IMG/VR virus record: IMGVR_UViG_3300013105_000023
Length of the DNA: 64,000 nt
Origin: an uncultured virus (IMG/VR IMGVR_UViG_3300013105_000023)
Taxonomy: Duplodnaviria > Heunggongvirae > Uroviricota > Caudoviricetes
Reading direction: 5' to 3' (one strand)
Under the pieces are notes generated by a model, which worked only from the letters and a program-made list of their open reading frames with translations, ran no database searches and was not told the DNA's origin. The position numbers were made by a program, and so were the translations under genes. Positions 19,505 through 30,121 of the stretch are shown here, in pieces (the first letter of the stretch is position 1; every line of letters begins with the position of its first letter).

Positions 19505-19528
19505 AAACCCCCGAAAGGGGGTTTTTTA
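19505..19528 (+). terminator. Intrinsic terminator
   Basis: AACCCCC-GAAA-GGGGGTT followed by a T run. Confidence 0.8.
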
Positions 19529-19542
19529 TTAGAGGAATCAGC

Positions 19543-20391
19543 ATGTTACAACTCAAGATTGCACAACCGGTGAACGTCATCGGTATTCAGTACAAAGCCG
19601 GCGATGAAGTTCCGGTGAACAAGACCCTGATCCACCGTGAAGTGGCGAAGGTGGCTTCTGGCATTCAGAAGTTGCTGGATGCTGGTTCCATTCAGGAAGT
19701 CAGTGCCGACACTTACAAGATCGTTGGCGACATCGAAGTGAATACCCTCGGTAACATCTTCGGTAAAGGCGATCAGTTTGTTGCTGCAAAAGTTTTCGAT
19801 TACGAAGACGTCGTGGATTACCCATCGTGGGTCCAGGAAGGCGTGACCAAAGGTCTGTGGACGCTGGATGACGGCATCAAGCACGTGACCGGTGTGACTG
19901 TCGCCCCAGCGACTTTTAACATCCAGGTTGGTGCCACTCAGGCTCTGACTGCAACTGTCGCTCCGGCTGACGCTGCAGATAAGACCGGTGCATGGTCAAC
20001 TTCAGATGCCACCGTTGCGACTGTCGACAACAAAGGCGTTGTGACGGCCGTTAAGGTTGGTACTGCGAAGATCACCTTCACGTCAACCGACGGTGCGAAG
20101 ACCGCTGTCGCCGACGTTACCGTTGCTGCCGCGACTGTTGCTGTCACCAGCGTAGCCGTTGGACCGACCTCTCCGTCTGTAGCCGTGGGTGCGACCGTTC
20201 AGCTGAACGCTAACGTGAGCCCGGCTGGCGCCACTGACAAGTCTGGTGCGTGGAGCACTTCCGATGCAGCTATCGCAACCGTCGACCAGAACGGTCTGGT
20301 TACCGGTGTTGCAGCAGGTACCGCTACCATCACGTTCACCACGACTGATGGCGCTAAGAAAGGCAACCGCTCAGTTACGGTTACCGCGTAA
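19543..20391 (+). CDS. Virion surface protein with two Big_2 Ig-like domains
   Basis: Two copies of V..V.V.P....VGAT.QL.A.V.P..A.DK.G.WSTSD...ATVD..G.VT.V..GTA.ITFT.TDG.K. Confidence 0.9.
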   Translation: MLQLKIAQPVNVIGIQYKAGDEVPVNKTLIHREVAKVASGIQKLLDAGSIQEVSADTYKIVGDIEVNTLGNIFGKGDQFVAAKVFDYEDVVDYPSWVQEGVTKGLWTLDDGIKHVTGVTVAPATFNIQVGATQALTATVAPADAADKTGAWSTSDATVATVDNKGVVTAVKVGTAKITFTSTDGAKTAVADVTVAAATVAVTSVAVGPTSPSVAVGATVQLNANVSPAGATDKSGAWSTSDAAIATVDQNGLVTGVAAGTATITFTTTDGAKKGNRSVTVTA

Positions 20392-20398
20392 TCCCCTA

Positions 20399-20422
20399 AG
20401 GGCCTTCGGGCCCTTTTCTTTT
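20399..20422 (+). terminator. Intrinsic terminator
   Basis: AGGGCC-TTCG-GGCCCT followed by TTTCTTTT. Confidence 0.8.
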
Positions 20423-20457
20423 AAACTAACCTCAGGACTTACTTCGCGAGGTTACCC

Positions 20458-21627
20458 ATGTCACAACTATTCAAAGTCTCATTCTTAGAACCGATCAAGC
20501 TCGGCGACGACGTGTATTCCCCGGGATACGGCTTCACTGCACCTGCTGAACAGTTCTTCGGTTCGTATTTCACCCGTGAGTTGGCCCCACTGAACCTCTT
20601 CAAGGAAGGCCTGTTTGCGGAAATCTCCCGTGGCTACTACGGCATCTTCCAGAATATCCTGGTGGAAGTCGGCAACGTCACGCTCCGTAAGGGCGATCGC
20701 TTCTACGGTTTACCACAGGAATCGAGCTCGCTCGGTTTAATCACGTTCCAGGAAGATCCCGTCGGCGACTTCATCATGCACGTCTCTTCGGTAAGCATGA
20801 CGTCGAGCCTGACGCTGATTGACCCGGGTAAAGTCACACTGGTGCCGCTGACCTTCAAGGACGGCAACAAACCGGTGAAAGTGACCGGCCCGGGCTTAGT
20901 GGCGATCGACGAGGCAACTGGGGAGTACAGCTTCGAGGTATCGGCACCACTGAAACCCGGCGTATTGACCGCAACGGTAGTCTTCAAAGCCGGTGACACG
21001 AACTACTCGTACCCTCTGCTTCTGAATGTCAAATCTCCGGACGTGACGTTCACTCAGAAGACAACAAGCATGCTGGGTGGCCAAACACTCGGGATCGAGT
21101 TCACGGCGGACGTGGCGGGAACCAAACCGGATCTGACCTTGGTGTCCGCATCAGCAGGTTCTGGCATCGTGAAAGAACTCGTGGCCATCGATAAAGCGAC
21201 CGGAACGTGGCAACTCTTCGTCACGGCACCCATGGTTGCGGCAACGATGAATGTCAAAGCCACCTTCGATCTCGGCGGCTGGACGTATGCCGTTGTGTTC
21301 CCAGTGAGCGTTACTACCAAGGAAGTCGTGCCGGAACTTCAGGGCAGCGTTCTGGATATCAACCTGACGCAACTCGTTCGGATGAAGATCATCCTGGAAG
21401 GCAAACCGGTCACGAGCTTGGTGACCAAATCCCTGGTGGCGAGCGGCTCCAAGTCGTTCAACACGTACACCAAGAAGCTTGTCAAAGTCGACGATAACGG
21501 CCTGTGGCAATGGTCGGTTTACACCAACTCGACCGAAGGCCCAATGTATTTCGACATCACGATCACCGTCGATGGTGTGGATTACGTGCTGCCGCAACAA
21601 ACGGTCATTGTTCGCAAGGGTGGTTAA
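20458..21627 (+). CDS. Ig-like repeat virion protein
   Basis: 389 aa; beta-sandwich-like repeats (IDEATGEY, IDKATGTW, VDDNGLW). Confidence 0.65.
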   Translation: MSQLFKVSFLEPIKLGDDVYSPGYGFTAPAEQFFGSYFTRELAPLNLFKEGLFAEISRGYYGIFQNILVEVGNVTLRKGDRFYGLPQESSSLGLITFQEDPVGDFIMHVSSVSMTSSLTLIDPGKVTLVPLTFKDGNKPVKVTGPGLVAIDEATGEYSFEVSAPLKPGVLTATVVFKAGDTNYSYPLLLNVKSPDVTFTQKTTSMLGGQTLGIEFTADVAGTKPDLTLVSASAGSGIVKELVAIDKATGTWQLFVTAPMVAATMNVKATFDLGGWTYAVVFPVSVTTKEVVPELQGSVLDINLTQLVRMKIILEGKPVTSLVTKSLVASGSKSFNTYTKKLVKVDDNGLWQWSVYTNSTEGPMYFDITITVDGVDYVLPQQTVIVRKGG

Positions 21628-21696
21628 TGCGGAACCCTCTGGTAAACCAGGGGGATTCTGTTAAACTATCAGAGAACTTTTCAACCCGAGGTCATC

Positions 21697-24600
21697 ATGC
21701 AAATTACCAAATTAAGCTTTCTTAGCACACAATCCCTCGGAGATAGCGTCTTTGCGGTCGAGGAAGTCGTTGACATTCCTATCGACCAAGTCTTTGGTAC
21801 CCATCGTGCTCGTGAAAAAGCCCTGATCAACTTGATTGGGTCTGACGGCGTGCAGAAGGTATCTCGTGACACCTGGAAAATCGTCAAGGACATCACCCTG
21901 GAAGCGGCCAACGCGACAATGCGTAAAGGCGATTACTTCCGTGTGAAACTGGACGAAGAAGGGGACGACTCTCCAATCCACTTTGACCTGGACGCGACTG
22001 GCGTATTCGTACTCAGCCGTGAGGTATTTGCTTCACTCCAAACCTATGCTGTTCTGGAACCGGGTAAAGAGCAGGCGATCCGCATGCAGTTCACCTTCGG
22101 CGGTAAGCCGGTGGTTGACGCCGTGCTGACCAGTGCTTTCAGCTCCCTGAACTTGGTCCCAGTAGACGCCACCAACGGGGTCTACGAGCTGCGTTTCTTC
22201 ACAGCCATGGCACCGAGTGATGACATCCTGAACATCGAAGTGACAGGCGTCTCGCTGCGTAATTCAGTGTACGAAGCCCCTGTTCACATCACTGTGCGTG
22301 AACCCCTGCTGTCAATCGTCCCGGTTGACCTCGAGCTGCACGCTGAGCAAACCAAAGACATCACTTGGCAGTTGCTGATGGAGGGTAAACCCGCTCCAGT
22401 TTCAACTTCGCTGGGAGCAACCGCTAATCCACAATCTGTGGGTGGCGTGAAGACCGACCTGATCGCCAAGATCGGTGCGTTCAAACTGATTGATTCTGCC
22501 AACGCGATTTATTCTCTGAACGTGACGGCGACGGATGAAGTCGGTGCAGCGTCCACTATCGACACTACTTACCGCTTCTCTGCCAACTTTATCGGTGAGA
22601 TTCCCGTCCCGATCAAGCTGCTGAGCAAAGAATCGCTGTACATCACCCACAGTATTGACGTGCTGGAAGCCAACCAGACTCAGCTGATCCCGATCACGCT
22701 GAAGCTTGGCGCCACGGCCCAACGTCCGGTAACTGACGCGAAGGCGGTTCAGATTGTCATCACCGGTGCGTGCATCCAGAGCGTTGAATCTGAACTGGTT
22801 CCTGTCGATCCTGCAAAGGGCGTTTATGCGTACCGCGTAACGACTAACCATAAAGGTGGTCCAATCAGCATCCGTTCGGTGCTGGCGACCAGCGGTAACC
22901 CGTACCCAGATTTCTACAACCTGACTGCCAAAGGCACCAAGGTCATTGCCCGTGCGTTGAATACCCTGCCGGCTGCCGACACTGCGGACCTGACTTTCCG
23001 TGTGACCCAAGATCGCCTGGGCGGCACCACCAATCTCGTGGGTGCAATCGCCAGGACCTTCACCGTTGGCGGCGGCGCTATTGCCCGCGTTAACGGTTCC
23101 GTGGAAGCTGTAGGCCAGGGTGTTTACAAAGTGTCAGTCACGACGAACAACGTCGGTGGATCTGTCCCTGTGACCGCAACCCTGACGATTGAAGGCGTGG
23201 ACGTAGACGTTTCGTTCTCAACGTCGGCTGCCCGTCTGTCGGATGCTGTATTGACCCCGACCGGCCCAGCGCTGACCGGTGAAACTGTACAGAACGTACC
23301 CCTGAACATCAAACTGGATGGCGTCGACTTTGACGTGACCAACGCGACGGTTCGTCTGTCAGGCTCGTCTTACGTTGCCAACGGCATCGTTCGTCGTACC
23401 GGTAAAGGCACCTACGAGATCGTGGACGTGGATGTGAACGGTAAAGGTGGTGTGCTCAACATCTCCCTGACCGCCCTGGTTAAAGGTTATTCGCAGACGA
23501 TGTTCACGACGGTCCCCGTCAACCCAATTTCAAACGTTCTGGCATCGAACGTGACTCACCTGCGTCCAACGACGACGGACAACATTCAGTTCAACCTGAC
23601 CCGTGACGGCTTAGTGCTGACCGGCATCAAGCTTGGCAAGGCGACCATCACTGGCGGCCAGGTCGTGTCGTATGACGGCACCACGACAGCCATCGATGCC
23701 AACACTGGTCGTTACCAGATCAAAAGTGTGACCGCGGGCGCCCCGGCGACGCAGGAATACTTCCAGATCAGCCTCCCGGTTGTGATCAAAGGTTACAGCT
23801 ACACGGTGATCTTCAACAGCTACACTGAAGCTATGCCGAACTTCAACGTTGGCGGCGGTTCTTCAAGCAACCCTGGCGCTGGACAAACGGTTCCTGGCGG
23901 CGGCGGTCCTGTTGTTCCTGGACTGGTTGGTGGAAACCTCGCAGGCGGACTGACCCAAGATTACTGCATGTACTTCGAAGTGGATGGCAAACCTGCCAAC
24001 ATCACGAGCGGTACCGTGACGGCGTCTGGTGTTGTTCTCGCTTCCGGCCCTGATGCACAGCTGGCGATCAAAGGCCCCGGCACTGCGTGTATCACCGGTC
24101 TGTCAACCACCACAGACGGCGGATACCTGACGATCAAAGGCTCTATGGTCATTGACGGCATCACCTATCCGTTGAACTTCGTGATCCGTAACGCCCCGGC
24201 GGCGCCGACGATCAGCAACGTGACAGTCCTTGAGTGTGAAAGCATTCAGACTCTGTACTTCACGATGAAGCAAGGCGTGACTCCGGTTCCGGATGCCGTG
24301 CTGAGCAACGTTGCGGTGACTGGCGATGCGATTGAGAGCTTCAGTGATTTCGGTCTGGTAGATGCAGACACCGGTCGTTACCGCGTGAACGTGATCACCA
24401 ACGATAAGGGCGGAAACGTTCATATCACGTTGGGTGCTACGTTCGTCGGCATGCTGTATCCAGTAAGCTTTGACACGACGGCCAAAGACCTCAGCACTGT
24501 CGGTGACGGTTCTGGTTGGAAAATGGTGGCAACGGCCCCGACGGCGGCGACCATCAGTCCTCAATCCTTCTCGTTCACCCGTGGAGGCGATCCGGTCAAA

Positions 24601-27600
24601 AACCCAAGCGTGAAAGACGTGACGGTTACTGGTGTCAGCGTCCTGAGCTCAACGGATAACGCTGAGAAGATGAGTGAAACCACTTTCCGTGTTACTTCGG
24701 TATCACTGGATTCTCGTGGCGGTGCAGTCAAGCTGAAAGCCAGCGCCAGTGTTAATGGCGTCACGTGGCACCCTATGGAGCAATCCTTCACTCTGGCTCA
24801 GGCATCGGCACCGGTTGTCACCGGTCAGACCAAGATGCTGGTTGCCCGTCAGGAAGCTACCCTGCAGTTCTCTCTGACCCGTAATGGTCGTCCCGTGAAG
24901 GCGAATACCATCACGAATATCCGTGTGAGCGGAACTCCGGTTGCCAGCGCTAAGCAGGATCTGATCGTGGTCAACGCCGCAGCAGGCCAGTATGGCACGA
25001 CCGTGACGCCAAACGACCTCGGTGGCAACATCGACGTGATCTTCGACCTGAATGAAGGCGGAGTGGATTACCCGAACTTGACCTTCACCGGTACAGCGGA
25101 TATCTATCACCCGTGGAAAGCGACGATGCTGAACGGTCCGGTTCCGGAGCGCCTGACAGCAATCGACTTCTCGTCACATTTGGATGACGGCACCCCTGTT
25201 GCAATCACCAGCGGTACTGCGGTTATCACTGGCTCTTGCCTGGTGTCGCCAACCGCGGAAACCACCCTGGTTTACCAGGATGCGACCAACAAGACGTATC
25301 GCATTCCGAACGTCATGGTGAACAACACCGGTGGCAACATCCACGTTGTTCTGAAGGTCATCTACGAAGGTGCTGAAATCATTCAGGAATTCGACTTCAC
25401 CGTTAAGGCACTGCCTGTTCTGCAAGCAGCGGCGACCGGTGCAGATCTGCCGTTCCAGACCACCAGCGATTTGACGTTCACCGTGGACCGTGGCCCGAGC
25501 AACCCGTCGGTCTTCAATAACTCGATGGTGAAAAACCTGACCGTTACTGGTGCAGCGGTAGCCGGCTATACCCCGACGATCATCCAGGTTAGTCCGGGTA
25601 ACTTCAAGCTGTCCGTACAGACCAACGGCAAGGGTGGCACCATCAACGTGGGCTTCACAGTAACGCTGGCTGGTATCGACTACCCGCTGAGCTTCACGAA
25701 GCTGGCTGTTGTAGAGCCTCCGGTGACGGCGGTAAGCACCAACACGTTGGTGACCAACACGTCTGCCACTAACATGGACTTCACGTTAATGCGTGGAACG
25801 GTGCCGTGTGCCGACGCCTTCGTGGTCCAGAGCATCACGATGAACTCGAAGTCAGTGAGTTCGTACTCGCAGTCGATCATCAACGTGAACGTGGCACTCG
25901 GCCAGTATCGCATTCAGGTTACGACTTCGGCGTATTCTGATCCGATCCCTGTCACCATCGTCGGTACCGTTCGCGGTGAACCGGTAACGTTGACCTTTAC
26001 AGCTCAGATCCAAGCCGGTGTACTGCCGACGGTGACCCTACTGACATCATCTCTGTTCCGTGGCCAGGCGTCTAACGTCAACCTGTCCTTTAAGAATGGG
26101 ACTACGGATATCAACGGTGCGGTGACGCTGGATTCCGTTGACGGTCCGCTGACCAACCCAACGCTGAACTCAAACGGGGTGATCACCGGTATTCCAACTG
26201 TGGCAGGCGCCATCGACCTGACGATTAACTTCACCTGGAAGGGTGCAAGCTACTCATCGACTGTTACGGGCATCCCGGTGACTGAAGTGTACCCCGCGAC
26301 ACTGACCTCTACGTCGAAACTGACGGTAGGGAAGTTGAACACGACGACCTTCACAATGAACGGTGCGGATGGCAACGTGTACCCAGCTTCTGGTTTCACT
26401 TTCGCAATCACCGGCTCACCATTTGCCATGAGTCAGGCTCTGGCTCGCCAATCAGACGGCAGCTTCAGCGTTGGGTTCACGCCTTCGAGTGAAAGACTGT
26501 CTACCACGTTGACGATCGTTGTGACGGAAACGGCGACCAAAATCGTCCGCTACCACACCATTATGCTTGAAGCGTTACTGAGCCTGGAGGCCCGCTTCGT
26601 CGGCACTACGCCGCTGGATTCGTCTTCCCTGACCAACCAAGTGGTGTTCGACGTGTACAACACTGTGACGAATGCCGTCCAGGGGATCTACACCAAGGTC
26701 GACATGGACAGCTTGAAAGTCGTAGGCCGTGGCTCTGTAAATAACATCACCGGATGGTCAAGCTTCACTGTACCGGGAACCCCGACAGCGGCTCGCGGTT
26801 CTTTCTACGTGAGTGCTAACCAGGTTGACATCGTTGACGCCGACTACACTTTTGACTGGAACTCTGGTCTCCGTGTGTACAAGATCCCCGGTTCATTCCG
26901 TCTGCAGAAACCAATGACGGCTACCTGGACTGACATCGCGGGTGCTCAAGGTTCTGTTAAGAAAACGCTGAAAGTGAAGCTGCTTTCTGGCTCAACTCCA
27001 GTGGTCGACGCCCTTGATTCAGGAACGACGGTCACCAATGCCACAATCAATCAAAATCTTTATCTGATTGACGCAGCAACCGGAACCTACGGCATTGACG
27101 TGACACCCAACGGTGCAGCAACTTCAATGGTCGTGACCCTGAAGGTTAAACAGGCAGTCATGCCGTCAGTGATCAACACGTTCACCGCACAGACAGTTAC
27201 CGTTACTCCGGCACCGATCACGGCTGTTGCCAACAACGTTCTGGGTCGTCAGACTCAGAATACCGGCGTGCTCATGGAAGTCTTGATCTCTCAAGGCACC
27301 GTTCCGATTACCAATGCCGTAATCAACTCGTACAGCATTACAGGTCCTGCGGTTGAAAGCGTCTATTCAGGACCAACTAACGCCGGCAGCGGCCTGTATC
27401 GTTGGGCGGTAAGAACCCGTTTCGACGGTGCGGCTAACCCACAAGTCATGATCAACGCGACGATCAACGGCGTGGGCTACGTGTTCAACATTGATTTCCC
27501 AATCGTTCCGGTTCAAGTTCTGGCACTCTCTGTTGTTTCTAGCGATCCACTGGCTAAAAACATCAGCGGGAAAGTGACTCTTAACGCAACCCGAGACGGC

Positions 27601-29766
27601 GCTACTCTCGGATTTGCAAACTCCATCGGTGGCGGCGGCGGTGTCGGTGTCCAATTCGGCACTAACATTATGGGTGCATCAAGCAACTACTCAATGAAGA
27701 GTGCAGTGATCAATCCTCAGTCGGGGAACTACATTGATTTCGTTGCTGTTCCTTTGACCAGTGGTACCGCTACGTGGACCGTTCGTCTTGTGTTGTATGG
27801 TGCGACGTATGACCTGCCGTTAACTGTTACTGTGGCGGATGCGGGAACGATCACTGTTGTGGGTGGCGTGCCAATGTATGCTGAAAAGGCTAACACGTTG
27901 ATCTTCAACATGACTCCTCCAGCTGGCGTGACCTATGACGGTACGGAGACGTTAACGGTAACGACTAAACCGACTCAGTGGGTTATTACGACTCCGCCGG
28001 TGCGTAATCCAGACGGTACTTACAGCATGGTAGTAACACCAAACGCAGAGTCTAACGACGTCTTCACCGTGACCGCTGCCAAAGGTGGAACGAACTATCG
28101 TAATGGCTGCCCGACAAACGTTGAGAACCGTTACGAGCTGCGTTTTGCTCCTAGTGGCGTGAATAGCGAGACTACCGTAGGGTTGATCTCCGCTCCGTGT
28201 AACTTGGTGACCAAACTGGGGAACACTCCTGGCGGATTTGACATGCAATCGGCGACTTTGGTTGACCGTGCGAGTGTCAAAGTGTACGCGGCGGCAGGGG
28301 TTATCAATCCAGCGGGTGCCGCACCGGATGCTGTTTATGGCAATAACTCTGCGTCATTCCGTGCGACGGTTCTTCAGAATGACTACGCGACAATGCACTG
28401 GTCAATCACCATCACGTCTCGTAACACTGGGTTTGTTTATACCGTCTACTCCGACGAGATCAACATCCATGACAATGCGAACTTGACGATGGTTACTACT
28501 GGGGCGCTGGAGTTAGGCCGTACGTTAGACATCAAGTTCAAGCTGACGTACGCCGTTTCGGGTAGACCGGTAACGAATGCCGTCCAGGCCAGCTCTCCGT
28601 CGGTAGGTGCAGGTTTAAGCAACCTGTCCAGCCTGAAAGTGATTGACGCAGCGAACGGGATCTATGCGGTGACGGCGACAGTGACGGCAACTTCGGGTAA
28701 CGTGTTCTTCACGCCTCGTTGGTCTTGGCCTCTGAGCAAAACTATCTATACTGGCGCCCAGCAGACATTTGCAACAGTCCGTGCAGTGACGGCGACGGTT
28801 CCGGCAATCGGTGCGACCACTCGTAACATCTATTTCTTAATGGTGGACGGGAACGGCCCGATCAAAGATGCGACCATTACTGCGATCTCTGCCGGGACAT
28901 ACGTTGACGCGGCTGCAGGTTCATTCACGGCGTATGACGCAACCAAAGGGGTTTACAAAGTCCCGATGACAGTGTCGAAAGCGATGGCAAACGGACAGCC
29001 TAACGATAATGTGAACGTAACTTACCACCGTACAGGTGGAGAAGACATCACGGTTCCAGTTGCGTTAGTCGTTCAGAGCCCTGGCGTCAAAGTGAGTGTG
29101 GATGGGCAAGGTTGGCCGAGTACCGGAGGTGTGGTGCCTGTAACGCCAGTGAATAACTGGTTGAATGCATCCTTCACGACCTTTGCAGCACCCCGCTTGC
29201 AAACGCTGGATGGAGTAGACCTAGGACCGATCGGTGGTAACGTGCAGAATGACTATGCAAATACCAACAAGTTGATCTATAATCCTAGCGCCTTCTTCTC
29301 GCCACAAAAGGACGTGACTCTGAAGGGTGGGACAGTTACTGCATCAGGAACCACCTACTACGTTTGGTCAGATCCGTTTGACGTTTACCGAGTGCCATAC
29401 GCAGTGATGACACCGACAACGACTAACCTCAGGGCGACAGTCCCGGGTAACTCGATCCCAGCCCAAACTCTGCCATCCTTCGAAGTGACATTCAAGGATG
29501 ATTTGGGTAACCCGTTAAGTAATGTGACTTTGACTGGAATTAACAGTAATAACAACAATACTAACTTCTACCCAGTAGGGACCGGTGCATCGTGGGCCTC
29601 AGCGATGGTGCCTAAGACTGATGGATCAGACGGTGTGTACGTGATTTCAATGAGAACCGATGGTTATGCCTTCAGCTACCAAGCGTCTTACGGTGCGACG
29701 TTCGGGGTGGACATTCCAGGTTTAGCAACGAAATCGGTGGCAGCCGGCATCAAGCTTAACTACTAA
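21697..29766 (+). CDS. Giant Ig-like repeat fibre/adhesin (2689 aa)
   Basis: Thr/Val/Gly-rich with ~100-aa repeats carrying (I/V)DAxxGxY and NxxGGxI motifs. Confidence 0.75.
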   Translation: MQITKLSFLSTQSLGDSVFAVEEVVDIPIDQVFGTHRAREKALINLIGSDGVQKVSRDTWKIVKDITLEAANATMRKGDYFRVKLDEEGDDSPIHFDLDATGVFVLSREVFASLQTYAVLEPGKEQAIRMQFTFGGKPVVDAVLTSAFSSLNLVPVDATNGVYELRFFTAMAPSDDILNIEVTGVSLRNSVYEAPVHITVREPLLSIVPVDLELHAEQTKDITWQLLMEGKPAPVSTSLGATANPQSVGGVKTDLIAKIGAFKLIDSANAIYSLNVTATDEVGAASTIDTTYRFSANFIGEIPVPIKLLSKESLYITHSIDVLEANQTQLIPITLKLGATAQRPVTDAKAVQIVITGACIQSVESELVPVDPAKGVYAYRVTTNHKGGPISIRSVLATSGNPYPDFYNLTAKGTKVIARALNTLPAADTADLTFRVTQDRLGGTTNLVGAIARTFTVGGGAIARVNGSVEAVGQGVYKVSVTTNNVGGSVPVTATLTIEGVDVDVSFSTSAARLSDAVLTPTGPALTGETVQNVPLNIKLDGVDFDVTNATVRLSGSSYVANGIVRRTGKGTYEIVDVDVNGKGGVLNISLTALVKGYSQTMFTTVPVNPISNVLASNVTHLRPTTTDNIQFNLTRDGLVLTGIKLGKATITGGQVVSYDGTTTAIDANTGRYQIKSVTAGAPATQEYFQISLPVVIKGYSYTVIFNSYTEAMPNFNVGGGSSSNPGAGQTVPGGGGPVVPGLVGGNLAGGLTQDYCMYFEVDGKPANITSGTVTASGVVLASGPDAQLAIKGPGTACITGLSTTTDGGYLTIKGSMVIDGITYPLNFVIRNAPAAPTISNVTVLECESIQTLYFTMKQGVTPVPDAVLSNVAVTGDAIESFSDFGLVDADTGRYRVNVITNDKGGNVHITLGATFVGMLYPVSFDTTAKDLSTVGDGSGWKMVATAPTAATISPQSFSFTRGGDPVKNPSVKDVTVTGVSVLSSTDNAEKMSETTFRVTSVSLDSRGGAVKLKASASVNGVTWHPMEQSFTLAQASAPVVTGQTKMLVARQEATLQFSLTRNGRPVKANTITNIRVSGTPVASAKQDLIVVNAAAGQYGTTVTPNDLGGNIDVIFDLNEGGVDYPNLTFTGTADIYHPWKATMLNGPVPERLTAIDFSSHLDDGTPVAITSGTAVITGSCLVSPTAETTLVYQDATNKTYRIPNVMVNNTGGNIHVVLKVIYEGAEIIQEFDFTVKALPVLQAAATGADLPFQTTSDLTFTVDRGPSNPSVFNNSMVKNLTVTGAAVAGYTPTIIQVSPGNFKLSVQTNGKGGTINVGFTVTLAGIDYPLSFTKLAVVEPPVTAVSTNTLVTNTSATNMDFTLMRGTVPCADAFVVQSITMNSKSVSSYSQSIINVNVALGQYRIQVTTSAYSDPIPVTIVGTVRGEPVTLTFTAQIQAGVLPTVTLLTSSLFRGQASNVNLSFKNGTTDINGAVTLDSVDGPLTNPTLNSNGVITGIPTVAGAIDLTINFTWKGASYSSTVTGIPVTEVYPATLTSTSKLTVGKLNTTTFTMNGADGNVYPASGFTFAITGSPFAMSQALARQSDGSFSVGFTPSSERLSTTLTIVVTETATKIVRYHTIMLEALLSLEARFVGTTPLDSSSLTNQVVFDVYNTVTNAVQGIYTKVDMDSLKVVGRGSVNNITGWSSFTVPGTPTAARGSFYVSANQVDIVDADYTFDWNSGLRVYKIPGSFRLQKPMTATWTDIAGAQGSVKKTLKVKLLSGSTPVVDALDSGTTVTNATINQNLYLIDAATGTYGIDVTPNGAATSMVVTLKVKQAVMPSVINTFTAQTVTVTPAPITAVANNVLGRQTQNTGVLMEVLISQGTVPITNAVINSYSITGPAVESVYSGPTNAGSGLYRWAVRTRFDGAANPQVMINATINGVGYVFNIDFPIVPVQVLALSVVSSDPLAKNISGKVTLNATRDGATLGFANSIGGGGGVGVQFGTNIMGASSNYSMKSAVINPQSGNYIDFVAVPLTSGTATWTVRLVLYGATYDLPLTVTVADAGTITVVGGVPMYAEKANTLIFNMTPPAGVTYDGTETLTVTTKPTQWVITTPPVRNPDGTYSMVVTPNAESNDVFTVTAAKGGTNYRNGCPTNVENRYELRFAPSGVNSETTVGLISAPCNLVTKLGNTPGGFDMQSATLVDRASVKVYAAAGVINPAGAAPDAVYGNNSASFRATVLQNDYATMHWSITITSRNTGFVYTVYSDEINIHDNANLTMVTTGALELGRTLDIKFKLTYAVSGRPVTNAVQASSPSVGAGLSNLSSLKVIDAANGIYAVTATVTATSGNVFFTPRWSWPLSKTIYTGAQQTFATVRAVTATVPAIGATTRNIYFLMVDGNGPIKDATITAISAGTYVDAAAGSFTAYDATKGVYKVPMTVSKAMANGQPNDNVNVTYHRTGGEDITVPVALVVQSPGVKVSVDGQGWPSTGGVVPVTPVNNWLNASFTTFAAPRLQTLDGVDLGPIGGNVQNDYANTNKLIYNPSAFFSPQKDVTLKGGTVTASGTTYYVWSDPFDVYRVPYAVMTPTTTNLRATVPGNSIPAQTLPSFEVTFKDDLGNPLSNVTLTGINSNNNNTNFYPVGTGASWASAMVPKTDGSDGVYVISMRTDGYAFSYQASYGATFGVDIPGLATKSVAAGIKLNY

Positions 29767-29769
29767 ACT

Positions 29770-29794
29770 AAAAGGGTCCTTCGGGGCCCTTTTT
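29770..29794 (+). terminator. Intrinsic terminator
   Basis: AAAAGGGTCC-TTCG-GGGCCCTTTTT. Confidence 0.75.
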
Positions 29795-29806
29795 ATGGAG
29801 ATCACT

Positions 29807-30121
29807 ATGAATAAACTCGTGTCACGAATCGCAAAGATCCCACTCCAAGCCGCCAATATCGTGGCCGGCGGGAACGCCATCGATGCCTTAAAGAAGCACA
29901 ACAACCCACTGCTCCGCAAGGCCAAGAACACTTTGACCGCAGACAGTAAAATCATGAAACGGATGGTTGAAAGATACGGCACACAGCAAGAACGTCATGC
30001 CTTCCACAAGGAACGTGTAAAGACGCATGCAGCCCGGGTAGCGACCATTGTAGGTGGATCGGCGGCCCTGTTGCATGAACGGAACAAGAGTAACCAGAGG
30101 CCTCAATATGTTTCTTACTAA
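29807..30121 (+). CDS. Small basic hypothetical protein
   Basis: GGAG SD before ATG 29807. Confidence 0.55.
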   Translation: MNKLVSRIAKIPLQAANIVAGGNAIDALKKHNNPLLRKAKNTLTADSKIMKRMVERYGTQQERHAFHKERVKTHAARVATIVGGSAALLHERNKSNQRPQYVSY

